A program made the position numbers and the translations under genes. Of a DNA stretch of 64,000 bases, positions 40,583 through 50,753 are shown in pieces. A model generated the notes under the pieces. The model did not search any database. It was not told where the DNA came from and saw nothing but the letters and a program-made list of their open reading frames with translations. Every line of letters starts with the position of its first letter. Within the stretch, counting starts at the first letter, position 1. The stretch covers positions 1,860,001 through 1,924,000 of the forward strand of contig CP145409.1 in NCBI GenBank assembly GCA_036867785.1, given 5' to 3'. This DNA comes from Plasmodiophora brassicae (taxonomy: Eukaryota).

Positions 40583-42197
40583 ATGGTCGCCGCTGGTGCC
40601 TCGTGGCCTCGCGTCCTAGCATTCCTTGTACTCTGTCGTGTCGTTGTTGACGGCTCGCTTGTGTTCCCGTCGGCGTCGCCGGACAGCCCACTAGCTCGCT
40701 TGAGCGTATCCGCGGCAGCGGTGACGTCTTTCACTGGACCCCAGCCCGAGGACGCGTCGAACGTCAGGAACGGGACCGTTGTGCTGTTCAGCGGCGATGT
40801 TTGCCACCCGATTCCGATGCGGGCGCCCGGCAGCATCATCGTCATCACGAGCGAATCCGCATCGGACACAGCGTGTTCGTTCGAGTCGATCTACCTCGCG
40901 TTGTACGCCACCGGCGCGGCCGCTGCCATCTGTCAGTGAGCAGTGAGCGAGCAACCTGCGTTTGCCACCTGCGAGCTTAACCATATCGTTGCCAGGGCCC
41001 GCCGTCGACAACGTCCCATCGTACTACCTGTACAGCAACGACGGATCTCGGGGCGCCCGTACGCGTCACCTCCCGATGCTGTTCCTGCGGATCGGTCCCA
41101 GCAACGATGTCTACACGACGTTGCTGACCTATGCGCCCGAGCAGAACGCCACCGTATCGCCCGACGTTAACGTGTGGAAGGCCACCTTGGAGTCATGGTA
41201 CTACCAATTGTTCATCCGGATCCTGCCCGGTACTGCCTTGATGGGGCTGGGATGCACTGCCATTGTCTACTTTGCGTTTCACATGCGAATCATCGATGAC
41301 GCGTACAAGAGCGCTGTTCCAGAGGAGCGCCGCTCGCTGGCGAGACGTTCCGAACACTTTCGACATTCATTCGGATTGCCCCACGCTGTCCTGGCCATTG
41401 AAATGTGCACTGCGACAGTATCTGGCATCGTGGTAGCCATCGATGGGCTCCACAGTACGCCGAATTTACCGTTCCCGGTTGTTGAATTCTTTATGACCCT
41501 GCTTAGCGGGTGGAGCTTCGCGGCGTCTCTGCTGTCGGCATCGGTTTGGACTAAGCAAGTCCTGGAGCTCATCGAATCGAAGACGTTCCTGACTCGCATA
41601 ATCAGAGGCGACTACCCGACGGTCTTCATCGTCTTGGTCGTCGTACCGATTGCGGTTGACACATCGATCAGCGCCGTATGGTCAACGTATTACTACTCGG
41701 ACACGCTGACTGGCATTGCAGCGGTGATCCTGTTTCTGTTTCAGTTGACTTTGGGCCTTCATGTCCTCGGTTCCGTCCTGCGCTATTACCGGTTCGTCAG
41801 CGAGGTGCAATCGCAGACGGTCAGCGCTGCGGGACGTGCCCAAGGCATGGACGCTTTGCTGGCACGCCTAAGCCGCTGCGCCCTTGGCATGTCACTGTCA
41901 ACGATGATGGTCTGTTTCGGAACTGCGCTTTCTGCCGCGTCCATAAAGTTCCTGAACAGCCCGACTGGATGGACCGTGTGCTTCGCATTCGCCTACGCCG
42001 GGCGTGCACTGGATACCGGCTTCCGTGTCGCCATGTTTAAACCGCGATCCACCCGTCGGCAAGCCATTACCATGCGCGCTGTCGAGATTGTACCAAAGAC
42101 AGGCGAATTCGTATTATTACGTGGTTCCACCCACCCTGGCTCAGCACAGGGTGCATCTGCCAGCGGGTTGAGGAATTCGACAAACCCCCAGCAATGA
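40583..42197 (+). CDS. Signal peptide + ectodomain + about 7-TM receptor-like membrane protein
   Basis: Intron 40932-40995 restores the frame; N-terminal leader, about 170-aa ectodomain, about seven hydrophobic helices. Confidence 0.65.
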
Positions 42198-42400
42198 ATG
42201 AGCTATCGGAGCAACCAACCGGAATGGCCGTTGGCGCCCAGAGATGTACAGAATGTTGACCGATAGGAACTGTTGAATCCAGTCAACACGGGAAGACAGC
42301 GTGGCCATGGGGGTCCTTCCGCGAATGGGGGTGGCTGGATCCCAAAAATAGGTACCAGGCCACTTGGCGAAGGCCGTGAAGGTTCGGGGGGTGGCTGTCG

Positions 42401-44107
42401 ATGGCATCGCGACCGCCTCGCGGGCCGATTGAACGGTTCCTGCAACGGATCAATGGCTTGAACTGGCCGGCGCGGATTGCCTCCGTGTCGGCGCTGACGC
42501 TGGCGGTGTCGCTGTCGATTATCTGGGCGGTCCTGATGAACGTCCAGGTTGCCGCGGCGATGCACGTCCTGCTCCCGTTGCTTAGTATGATCCCTGACCC
42601 GTCCCGAACACTGCCAGGGTTAGCCGTTTGTACTGTTCGCTGGATTATCATCCAAATTCTCCAGCTGTGGTTCGCGTACCCATCACTGCCTCGATGGGCG
42701 CTGTCGCTCGCGCTGAGTATTGCCGAGACCGTCTACTTCTCCTATCTCGAGTCCGGCATGACGATCGTGGCGATTCTGACGGCCTGGCAAGTGTTCGCCA
42801 GCGATATCTGGCTTTGTACAACGGAAAGACATCTTGAGCACGGCGAGAAACGCCTGCTGGATCTGACGTCCTCCGTAATCGGCTAACGCCCGGCCTGTCG
42901 CCTGTGCGCTGAATCCGTTTCCTGCTAGGTCCCGACAACTTCTGTCACTGTTGCTGGCATCTCTACCCTGGTTGTATCGAGGACCAGCGATAACAAACCC
43001 GTCCTTGTCTGCTGCCATGGGTACGCTGCAGGGAAAGCGCTGTTCGCCTCGTCCCTGGCCGCGCTTGCCGAGCACTACCAGGTCTACTGCATCGACTGGC
43101 TTGGGTACGCTGATGCACGTCGATGCCCGATGTGCAGTAGTGACACGTTCGCCAGGTTCGGGAGAAGCTCGAGGAAGCAACGTTTCAATGCGCGGTCTGT
43201 CGATGACACCGAGCGGTACTTTGTCGATTCGCTGGAGAACTGGCGCATCGCCATGGGGTTCTCCTCGTTCCATCTGCTGGGCCACTCGATGGTATGCGTT
43301 GGGCCCGGCCCGATTCGGATTCGACCTAACAGCGGTGGCAGGGCGGGTACCTGTGCAGCGTCTACACGATTCATTATCCCGACAGGGTCGATCACTTGTT
43401 CCTGGTGTCGCCCGTCGGCCTGCCAACGCGGCCAGAAGCCGAACGCATCCGGCGGTCCCTGTTTCTTCGGGCCCTGCATTGGCTCTGGGTCTGTCGGTAA
43501 TCCTGTGGCTTGCCGTTGTCTCCATCGCTGACGCTGCTGTACCAGGATCGCGGGACGACGCCGGCCGACCTGCTGCGCCTGTTCGGTCCCTTCGGGCCGG
43601 CAGCCATGCGTGCCCTGTGCGCCCTGCGATTCGGCAGCTTCATGACCAAGGAGCAGACGGATGCGCTCGGCGACTACGTGTACCATTTGAACGCAGCACC
43701 GCTCGTCGGCGATCGGGCCATCGCCCGGCTGCTGCACATTGGCGCATGGCCGCGTGTCGCCCTGGGGCCGCGTCTCCTGGCGCTGCGCGAGACGCCGATC
43801 ACGTTCCTCTACGGAATCGACGACTGGATGGACCGGACGCACGCGTACGACATCGCTCACGACAGGGCCCAGCTGGCGTCGCCGAAAACCTGCCGTATAT
43901 ACGTCATACCTGAGGCCGGGCATCAGGTGAGGCGCGCGCGCATTCCCGATTGGAGATGCCTCGTTGACTGGAACCCCCGACCAGATCTTCCTGATGAACC
44001 CGAAGGCGTTCACCCGAACGGTACTGTTCGAAGGGCTGAAGATCGAAGGCGGCAAACCGTTCGTGGTCACGGTCGACGAGAACAAGGTCTTCTTTGTCCA
44101 GCCGTAA
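42401..44107 (+). CDS. Alpha/beta hydrolase of the ABHD4/ABHD5 (CGI-58/Ict1) type with N-terminal TM region, multi-exon
   Basis: CCHGYAAG, IDWLG|FGRSSR, GHSM|GGYL nucleophile elbow, YGIDDWMD, PEAGHQ. Confidence 0.85.
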
Positions 44108-44168
44108 CAGACGTCCGCCTCGAGCGGGCTGCTTTCAAGCAGAGGAATATGATAAGTATATTATGTGG

Positions 44169-45059
44169 CTATTGTACAAACCCCATGCGCTGTCGCTTAC
44201 GTTCCTGCTTGTTCGCCATTGCCCTTAGTCGTCGGAAGACGAGATCCTGCAGGTCGTCCAGGGGCATGTCATCCGGCGGTTCCAAGATGTCGCCGTCGCG
44301 GATGGGGCTGACGCTCGGGCCGCGCCCGCCGACAATCTCCTCGTCGTCAGCGGCGTCGAAACCGTCGCTTCTGGAGTTTGCCGTCTCGCCTCTGTCGAGA
44401 TCGGAGACTGTGATACCGATGCCGTCCAGGAATTCGCGCTCACCACTCGACAAGGCCAGGTTGACAGCGGCCTGTTCGGCGAAGGACACGAGCGCGCGAC
44501 GTTTCTTTGACTGGACGACGCCGGTCACCTTGCCGTACCTCGAGAACACCCGCTCCAGCTCATCGTCATCGGGCGCTGGTTTGCGCTTCCTGCTGATCTT
44601 CACCGAGATCGTGTTCGTGACTGGAGGCGGCGGCGTCGGAGTAGCGGTTGCCCGTTGCCGGTTGGCTTCCTCCTTGGCAATTTCAGCGCGGAATCGTTCC
44701 AGTTCCGACTGGATCTTCTGCTTCGTGATGTCGGTGCGGTCACGTCGCGTAAGCGACTCGGCGTATTCGCGTTCCCTTCGCTCGAGTTCCGCGATCTGCG
44801 CCTGCTTCGCCGCGGACTGCTGCCTGATCCGCTCGGCACGCTCGATCCTGGCCTTGATCTTGGCATCAAGTTCAGCGCGACGCTCGGGGTCCTTGAGCAG
44901 TTCGAAGGCGGCGACCAGCTCCGCGAAGCGTTCGTTGGCGCGCGGGTCATCCTTCTGCTTGTCCGGGTGCAGGCGCAGCGCCGTCTGCCTGTACGCGGTC
45001 CGGATCTCCTGGTCGCTGGCGCCGAACGCCACGCCCAGCAGATCGTACGCGTCCGCCAT
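44169..45059 (-). CDS. DNAJC17: J-domain + RRM-like protein (DNAJC17/Cwc23)
   Basis: DAYDLLGV..YRQTALRLHPDK, coiled coil, LERVFSRYGKV..ALVSF. Confidence 0.8.
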   Translation of the reverse strand: MADAYDLLGVAFGASDQEIRTAYRQTALRLHPDKQKDDPRANERFAELVAAFELLKDPERRAELDAKIKARIERAERIRQQSAAKQAQIAELERREREYAESLTRRDRTDITKQKIQSELERFRAEIAKEEANRQRATATPTPPPPVTNTISVKISRKRKPAPDDDELERVFSRYGKVTGVVQSKKRRALVSFAEQAAVNLALSSGEREFLDGIGITVSDLDRGETANSRSDGFDAADDEEIVGGRGPSVSPIRDGDILEPPDDMPLDDLQDLVFRRLRAMANKQERKRQRMGFVQ

Positions 45060-45203
45060 CGCGCACTGCGTGGCGCGTTGCACACACGCACCGTTCAGTG
45101 TCCGCTGGCGGCAGGTGCGTGTCCGCACACCATCGGCCACTGCACACAGCTGCACACGTCGCACCGTGACCACACAGGTGCATATCAAGGGGACAGCGCC
45201 ATG

Positions 45204-45959
45204 TCAAACTGTGCGGTTCATTGAAGGGCTGTCGCCGGATATCTCGTGCGTTATCGGCTGCACGACGAAGACATCGTTGCGGGGGTTCGTGTTGTTCAGG
45301 GGATCCTCGTGCATGCGGCAATCGTCGTCCCTGTCCTGGTCCATGGTGGTGCTGTTGAACTGCCATGCCGGTTCGCCGATCGTGCTGTTGTCGGTAGCGT
45401 CGTCGTCGATGATCATGGGCCAGGTGTCGACGTCCCAGCTCTGGTCCATCTCGGGGACGTCGATCGGGATGTAGTGGCGGTGCATTGGGCTGGTCGTCAT
45501 GATCTCCAATGAGACGTCGTCCAGCGCCGTGTCATCTTCATCGCTCATGACCTCGTTGGTCGCGATCGAACCCGTTCTGTCAGGTTGGGATTCTTTCCGC
45601 ACAACGCCGCCAGCTGATGGACAGTCGGATGACGTCCCGTTGCTGTTGAAAGGACTGGACACGTTGAACTGGTTCACATCTTTGGTAGTGCCCATTTCGG
45701 GAAGAAGTTCGAATGGGCTAGAGATAGGAATTGGGACAGTCGTCGTGGAGGGGTTAATGTCTGGCACTAAATTGGCAGTCGAGTCGCTCTGTGCCGATGT
45801 TTCGTCGACACTGTTTGAGCGTTGCGGATTCGGGTCTGTCAGTGGTTCTGGAAGTGACGCGGGGTCCAGGAAGGGAGTCGATGAAAAGTCTGAAGGCTGC
45901 GACGTGGCCACACTGGCGCCGACAGCCACGACGAGCCAGAACGTTGATGAGATGTCCAT
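45204..45959 (-). CDS. Secreted acidic Ser/Thr/Pro-rich protein
   Basis: Leader MDISSTFWLVVAVGASVATS; low-complexity 251-aa ORF. Confidence 0.55.
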   Translation of the reverse strand: MDISSTFWLVVAVGASVATSQPSDFSSTPFLDPASLPEPLTDPNPQRSNSVDETSAQSDSTANLVPDINPSTTTVPIPISSPFELLPEMGTTKDVNQFNVSSPFNSNGTSSDCPSAGGVVRKESQPDRTGSIATNEVMSDEDDTALDDVSLEIMTTSPMHRHYIPIDVPEMDQSWDVDTWPMIIDDDATDNSTIGEPAWQFNSTTMDQDRDDDCRMHEDPLNNTNPRNDVFVVQPITHEISGDSPSMNRTV

Positions 45960-46693
45960 TGCTTAAGCGACAGGATTGAGGGGTGTGTCGACCAGGATGC
46001 CTTGGGGGTTTACGTAGCACTTGATAAATGAATCACCAGGCTGGAATCTGCCCCTGTTGACGTTGGTCGGGGTCATAGATATCGGGTATTCTGGTCACCT
46101 AGCGACCCGCACGCTGGACCCTCTGTTGACTCCCGCTCCTCCTCGAATCCGGACCCGTCCGGTGGACAGTGACTCATCTCTCCGATCGCATGAGCCACGC
46201 CGGTAGTCTACTGAGGACAAACGACGGGAATCTGTTGACGGGCATTAACCGTGGCCAGAACGATGGCGCCTTGCCAGCTCTAGTTTCCCTGTCGTTGCCG
46301 CCGTTTTCAGTCGAAGACGTAATTCCGCCGACCGGCAACTTCGAGCGCAGCCGTGCAATAACTGTCGGGTTTTTATGAGCCCTGCGCCAATCGATTGATC
46401 GCCAGACGATTCATGCCACCTGGGGCACGGCGCCGCACAGTGTCATCATAACCTCTTTGGACCGGGAATTAAGGGTCGGCAGCGTTGGGCGACGCGCGCG
46501 CATTTGCCATCGCCGTCCCGCGTGGCCACGTTTTGGAAGGCGGGCAGTGGCCACTGCCTGCTCACCTCCAGTCTGAGGGGCCAAAAACGGCCCCCCACGG
46601 CTGTACAGTCATTTGAACGGTCGGTAGCGGAAGTTGAACTGCACTTTTGGCCAGTCAGAATTCGGGTGCGTTTGGATCGGGTCGCGGGACACC

Positions 46694-46990
46694 ATGGGCA
46701 AGGTGACGGCGGGCGTGGCGGGCAAGCCGGCGACGACGACGGCGAAGGGCAAGGCCGGCAAGGCTGGCAAGACGAAGCGGGCGGCGACCGGGTGGATGCT
46801 GTTCATGGCCGAGCAGCGCCCCGTGCTCGCCGCCAAGGGCGTCGACGCGCGCAGCATCATGAAGCAGGCGGCCGTCGTCTGGAAGGGCATGACCGACAGG
46901 GAAAAGGCCAAGTACAACGACCAGGCCAAGAAGGCGGCGGCGACGGCGGCGGCCGCCGCCGAGGAGGCCGGCGAGCACAGCGACGAGTGA
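46694..46990 (+). CDS. Small HMG-box protein
   Basis: KRAATGWMLFMAEQRP..VWKGMTDREKAKYNDQA, with basic N-tail and acidic C-tail. Confidence 0.85.
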   Translation: MGKVTAGVAGKPATTTAKGKAGKAGKTKRAATGWMLFMAEQRPVLAAKGVDARSIMKQAAVVWKGMTDREKAKYNDQAKKAAATAAAAAEEAGEHSDE

Positions 46991-47111
46991 TCCTCAGCGT
47001 CGTCAGCAGTCACTCCCTCTTTGGTCGTCGTAATATTACACACAGTTCGGCGTTGTGCAGCAGAACACATCTTTCGCGAGTGAGCGGCAGCCAATATGGG
47101 TCGATAATGTT

Positions 47112-49179
47112 TTATGATTGCCCCATGGATCGCAGGCGCCGCTCCAATGTCGTCTTCTCGCTCTGCAGGCGCAGGACATCGCGGACGGCATCATCCAGCA
47201 ACCCGCGATACATCGCGTCCAGACGATGCAGACGCTGATCGAGGCACACCCTGTAATCCCGAAACACCTACGCCACATGTCACGCGCGGCAGGCAACGCA
47301 GCGGGTCCCGACGCGACACACGTTCAGCATCTCCCGTTGCATCTGCGCGTTCTGGGCACGATGGCGCGACTCGCGCTCGATCAGTCGTCCGATGACCTCG
47401 TCGCGTTCCCATTTGACGTTCTCCAACTGTGCGCACCGGTCATTGCGTCTCGTCGGCGGGAGACCTCTCATCGACAGTGGACCTGTTCGATAAGACGGTG
47501 CTCGCGATCGAGGATGTCGCGCTCCGCCGCCTCGGCAGGCCCCCCTTTACATCTGTCGGAGATCTCGCTGCATCGGTTCCTGTAATCGTTATCGAGCTTG
47601 CCCTTGATCTTGATGAACTTGGGATCCTCCGCCTGCGTCTCATCATCAGTCGGTGATGCGGTGACGAGCGCGATATCCGACCAGACGAACCTTCAGCGCT
47701 TCCAGGTCGAGCAACTCGATGTCGTCCGCCAATGCATGGAGCTTATCGAGGTCCGGCCCGCTGACGTACAGCGCGCGTTGCTTCTGTTCATCCTCGACAG
47801 CGAGCTCGACCAGCGAATTGAAGTTCGCCCTGATCTTATCGAGTTTCTCTCGTTGCCGCGCCAGGTCGTCGACGAGGTCTTTATGGCCGGGCGCGTTCGG
47901 ATCCCGACCGTCCACTTCGATCCTCGCCTTCGCGAACGCCAGGCTCGCTCTGACGAATGCGTCCCGCTCCCTGTACGTCCTCTTGGCGATCTCCGGATCG
48001 CATTCGACCGGCTCATCCAGCACGAACAGAAGCGATTCCCGTTCCAGGACCCGTTTCCGTTCGTCCATTGCAGTCACCGACCTCCTTCGTCGCTCTGCCC
48101 ACGTGTCTGACTTGGCTCGTCGAAGCTGCGCCATCTTGGTCGCGAGTGCCTCCATCAGGCCGGCGTCGATGTCGTCGACCTTGTCGCCGGGGCGATCCAG
48201 CTGCATCCTGGCGCGAATCTCGCCGACCTCCACCCGAAGTTGCCGGATGACGTCCTCGGGCGCCGTCGTGTTCTCCACAGGGCGGTTGAACACGCGCGCC
48301 AGCTTCTCCCCCGTGGCCAGCGACGTCCCAGACGTGATGACGAACGCTGCGAACCCGTTGCCACCGATAGCGAACTCCAGCAACCTCGTCACGTTGGTCG
48401 ACCGGTACTCGGGCGACGCACCAGAGGCGATTGCGTCTGCAACCGAGATGATGCCATTATCGCTGTCGTCGATTCGCGCGAATCGCAGCACGGAGACGCG
48501 ACATGGAGCGTCGATTGTGGCGCAGGACTCAATGTGCAAGTCGGCGAAGACGTGGACCATGGCGATGCGACGACGCTGCAGCGCTGACTGAACGCGAAGA
48601 GCTTGCTGGAGGCAGACGGAGACCTGCCGTGCATCAGGGACGACAATCTCAGCCAGACCGTCGACGGCGGCGCCCGCGTGGCGGTCGTCGATGAGTCGGC
48701 AGGGCCTCGACGAGTCCGGGCAGAGAAGGTCGACTATGCTGCCGTCGGCGGCAACAGCGAATACGCTCAATCGGATTAGGAATGCACGATCGGTGCTCAC
48801 CTACGTAGGGAGGTGTCAGGGCGGGCCAACGAAAGGTGTAGCACGGGCTACCTGGACATGGTCGAAGACGTCGTTAACGGCTCTGGGCATAACGCCCGGG
48901 TCCGTTCCGCCTGTAAACAGCGTCGGTTCACGAGCGGCATTGGCGCCGTAGCACACTATGGCAACGTTGTGGCCCAGGAGGGCCTTGCCGATAAGCGGCC
49001 TGCAAAGGTCCTCGTACACGGAACGATTCGAGGACCCCGACGGAAACTTATGGTCGACCTGGGCGGAGTCAAGCACCGTTCCAGGCTGAAGTCGGAGGCC
49101 GACCTACGGACAAGACGTGTCAGGCAATGCAAGCAGATGACGAGCAGCGTTCGATGACCTTTATCTTGGCCGCGTCCAT
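47112..49179 (-). CDS. Kinesin-like protein with degenerate motor motifs and C-terminal coiled coil, multi-exon
   Basis: KIK|VGLRLQP, LLGHNVAIVCYG, DPGVMPRAVNDVF, PEYRSTNVTRLLEFAIGGN. Confidence 0.7.
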
Positions 49180-49363
49180 GCTGGAAGCGCAACAATGACA
49201 GCCGCCTGTATACCGGCGTCCACAGTGGTACCCGTTGGTGATCGGCCCCTATAGGCGCAACGATATATTTGTATTGATGATCACTGCAAGTTAAGCCCAT
49301 GACCAGGCACGCCTTATCGCCTTCGTACAACACGAGCCAAAAGCTGCATGACTTCCGACCAAC

Positions 49364-49434
49364 GCGCCTGTGGTTGAATGGTACAATGGGTCGTTGCCAA
49401 CGACTTGGTCCGGATTCGATTCCCGGCAGGCGCA
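49364..49434 (+). tRNA. tRNA-Gly (GCC), T-stem variant
   Basis: Cloverleaf: GCGCCTG/CAGGCGC acceptor stem, GGTCG-TTGCCAA-CGACT anticodon arm, TTCGATT loop; T-run terminator near 49446-49453. Confidence 0.9.
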
Positions 49435-49655
49435 TCTGCCGGACGTTTCTTTTGAGCGGTGGCGCTGCTCTGTTTTTGCGGGTTGGGAAGAGGGACGAGT
49501 CGGACGACGAGCGACGCGGCCTGAGTGTGCCGCTACGGGGGGCTTGTCATGTGGCCGGAGTCCGTGACTCTAGAGACCGCCGGGGGCCACAATCATTCAT
49601 TTAGCCATCGCCCATCAGCCCTGGCGACGGCCTTCGTGCTGGCTGGGCGGACGTC

Positions 49656-49969
49656 ATGGTCTGTGCAGACCGGACCCCTGACAGTGAACCGTTGCGCTGA
49701 CCCCCGTTGGCGACCCATGTAGTCCAACCCACGAAAACAGGCCTCGCAGCGGTATAATGCGAATGTAACCAGGAGGGGTATCGTCAAGAACAAATCCCGC
49801 GTGAGCAGTTGCCCTGGTGCGCTCGTGTTCCTGCCAGGCAGGACTGACCGGTGTCCATCAGGCCGAGACGACGGAAGGGGTATCCCCCTTCCTACTGCTG
49901 ATGATCGTCTGCTTCATCTTCGTCGGCGCCGCATCCGCCCTGCTCCACTTGATCCTATCTGCCTTCTAA
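49656..49969 (+). CDS. RAMP4/SERP1-like small tail-anchored ER protein, divergent copy (62 aa)
   Basis: Exons 49656-49658, 49723-49800, 49862-49969 give M|SNPRKQASQRYNANVTRRGIVKNKSR|AETTEGVSPFLLLMIVCFIFVGAAS... Confidence 0.8.
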
Positions 49970-50333
49970 AACGGGTCCTCGTAGTTGCCGCCACGAATTA
50001 CCCAATATTATTGCGTTCGGATTGTCAATCCTGCGTTCATCGGCGAACTTGGCGTTCATGCAGGACCCGTCGTGACCCTCGATCAATATCGTACGGTCGG
50101 GGGAGCCCGAATCTATCTATAATACACTGGCCGTCAAAATCAAGGACACGTCAGCAGCCCCTGTTTGGACGGGCGGCGTGGTGGGAAACTGCGCGCGGCC
50201 TGAGGAGCGGCGGCCCTGTCTGATTCGCGTGTGCGTGTCGCAGGAGGTCGGCCTCAGCCAGTCACAGGAGCCGCGTGTCTCGTCGTCGTCGTCATCGTCG
50301 TCGTCCGCGTTTGCCGCTGCCGCTGGCCCGCCC

Positions 50334-50658
50334 ATGGTCTGCATTTGACACTCGCTGCTCGTGCCGGTTCTGACGCGTGCGCCGCTCAGCCCAGCGCAAG
50401 GAAGCTCGCTTCGCAAAAGTTCAACCAGAATGTCACGAAGAGAGGCCTGGTGAAGAATAAGAGCAAGGTACGTGTCCTCTGCAGCGGTCGTGTCAGCGAA
50501 TCGCGCGCGCGTCGTCTCATGCGTTGCGGTTGCGGTAGGCGGAGTCGACCGACAATTCGTCTCCCGTCGGCCCGGTCATGCTCGGCTTCTTCGTCTTCGT
50601 CGTCGTCGGGTCTGCCGTCTTCCAGATCATTCAGTCGGCCATGAGCGGATTGTTTTAA
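50334..50658 (+). CDS. SERP1: RAMP4/SERP1 (66 aa)
   Basis: Exons 50334-50336, 50390-50467, 50539-50658 give M|PSARKLASQKFNQNVTKRGLVKNKSK|AESTDNSSPVGPVMLGFFVFVVVGSAVFQII. Confidence 0.9.
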
Positions 50659-50753
50659 AATCCACGCCATCCCCCTTCAATACACCAGCCGGTCCCCCCC
50701 CCCGCCCCTCCCCAAACGGACGGTTCGGCTCGCCTGCGGCGCGATGCGTTCGT

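Noticed and set aside
43510-45474. 654-aa plus-strand ORF
   Set aside because: One ABHD exon reading through an intron into the antisense strand of DNAJC17
49480-49655. Possible structured ncRNA downstream of the tRNA
   Set aside because: No recognisable motif; likely the promoter or 5' UTR of the RAMP4-like gene
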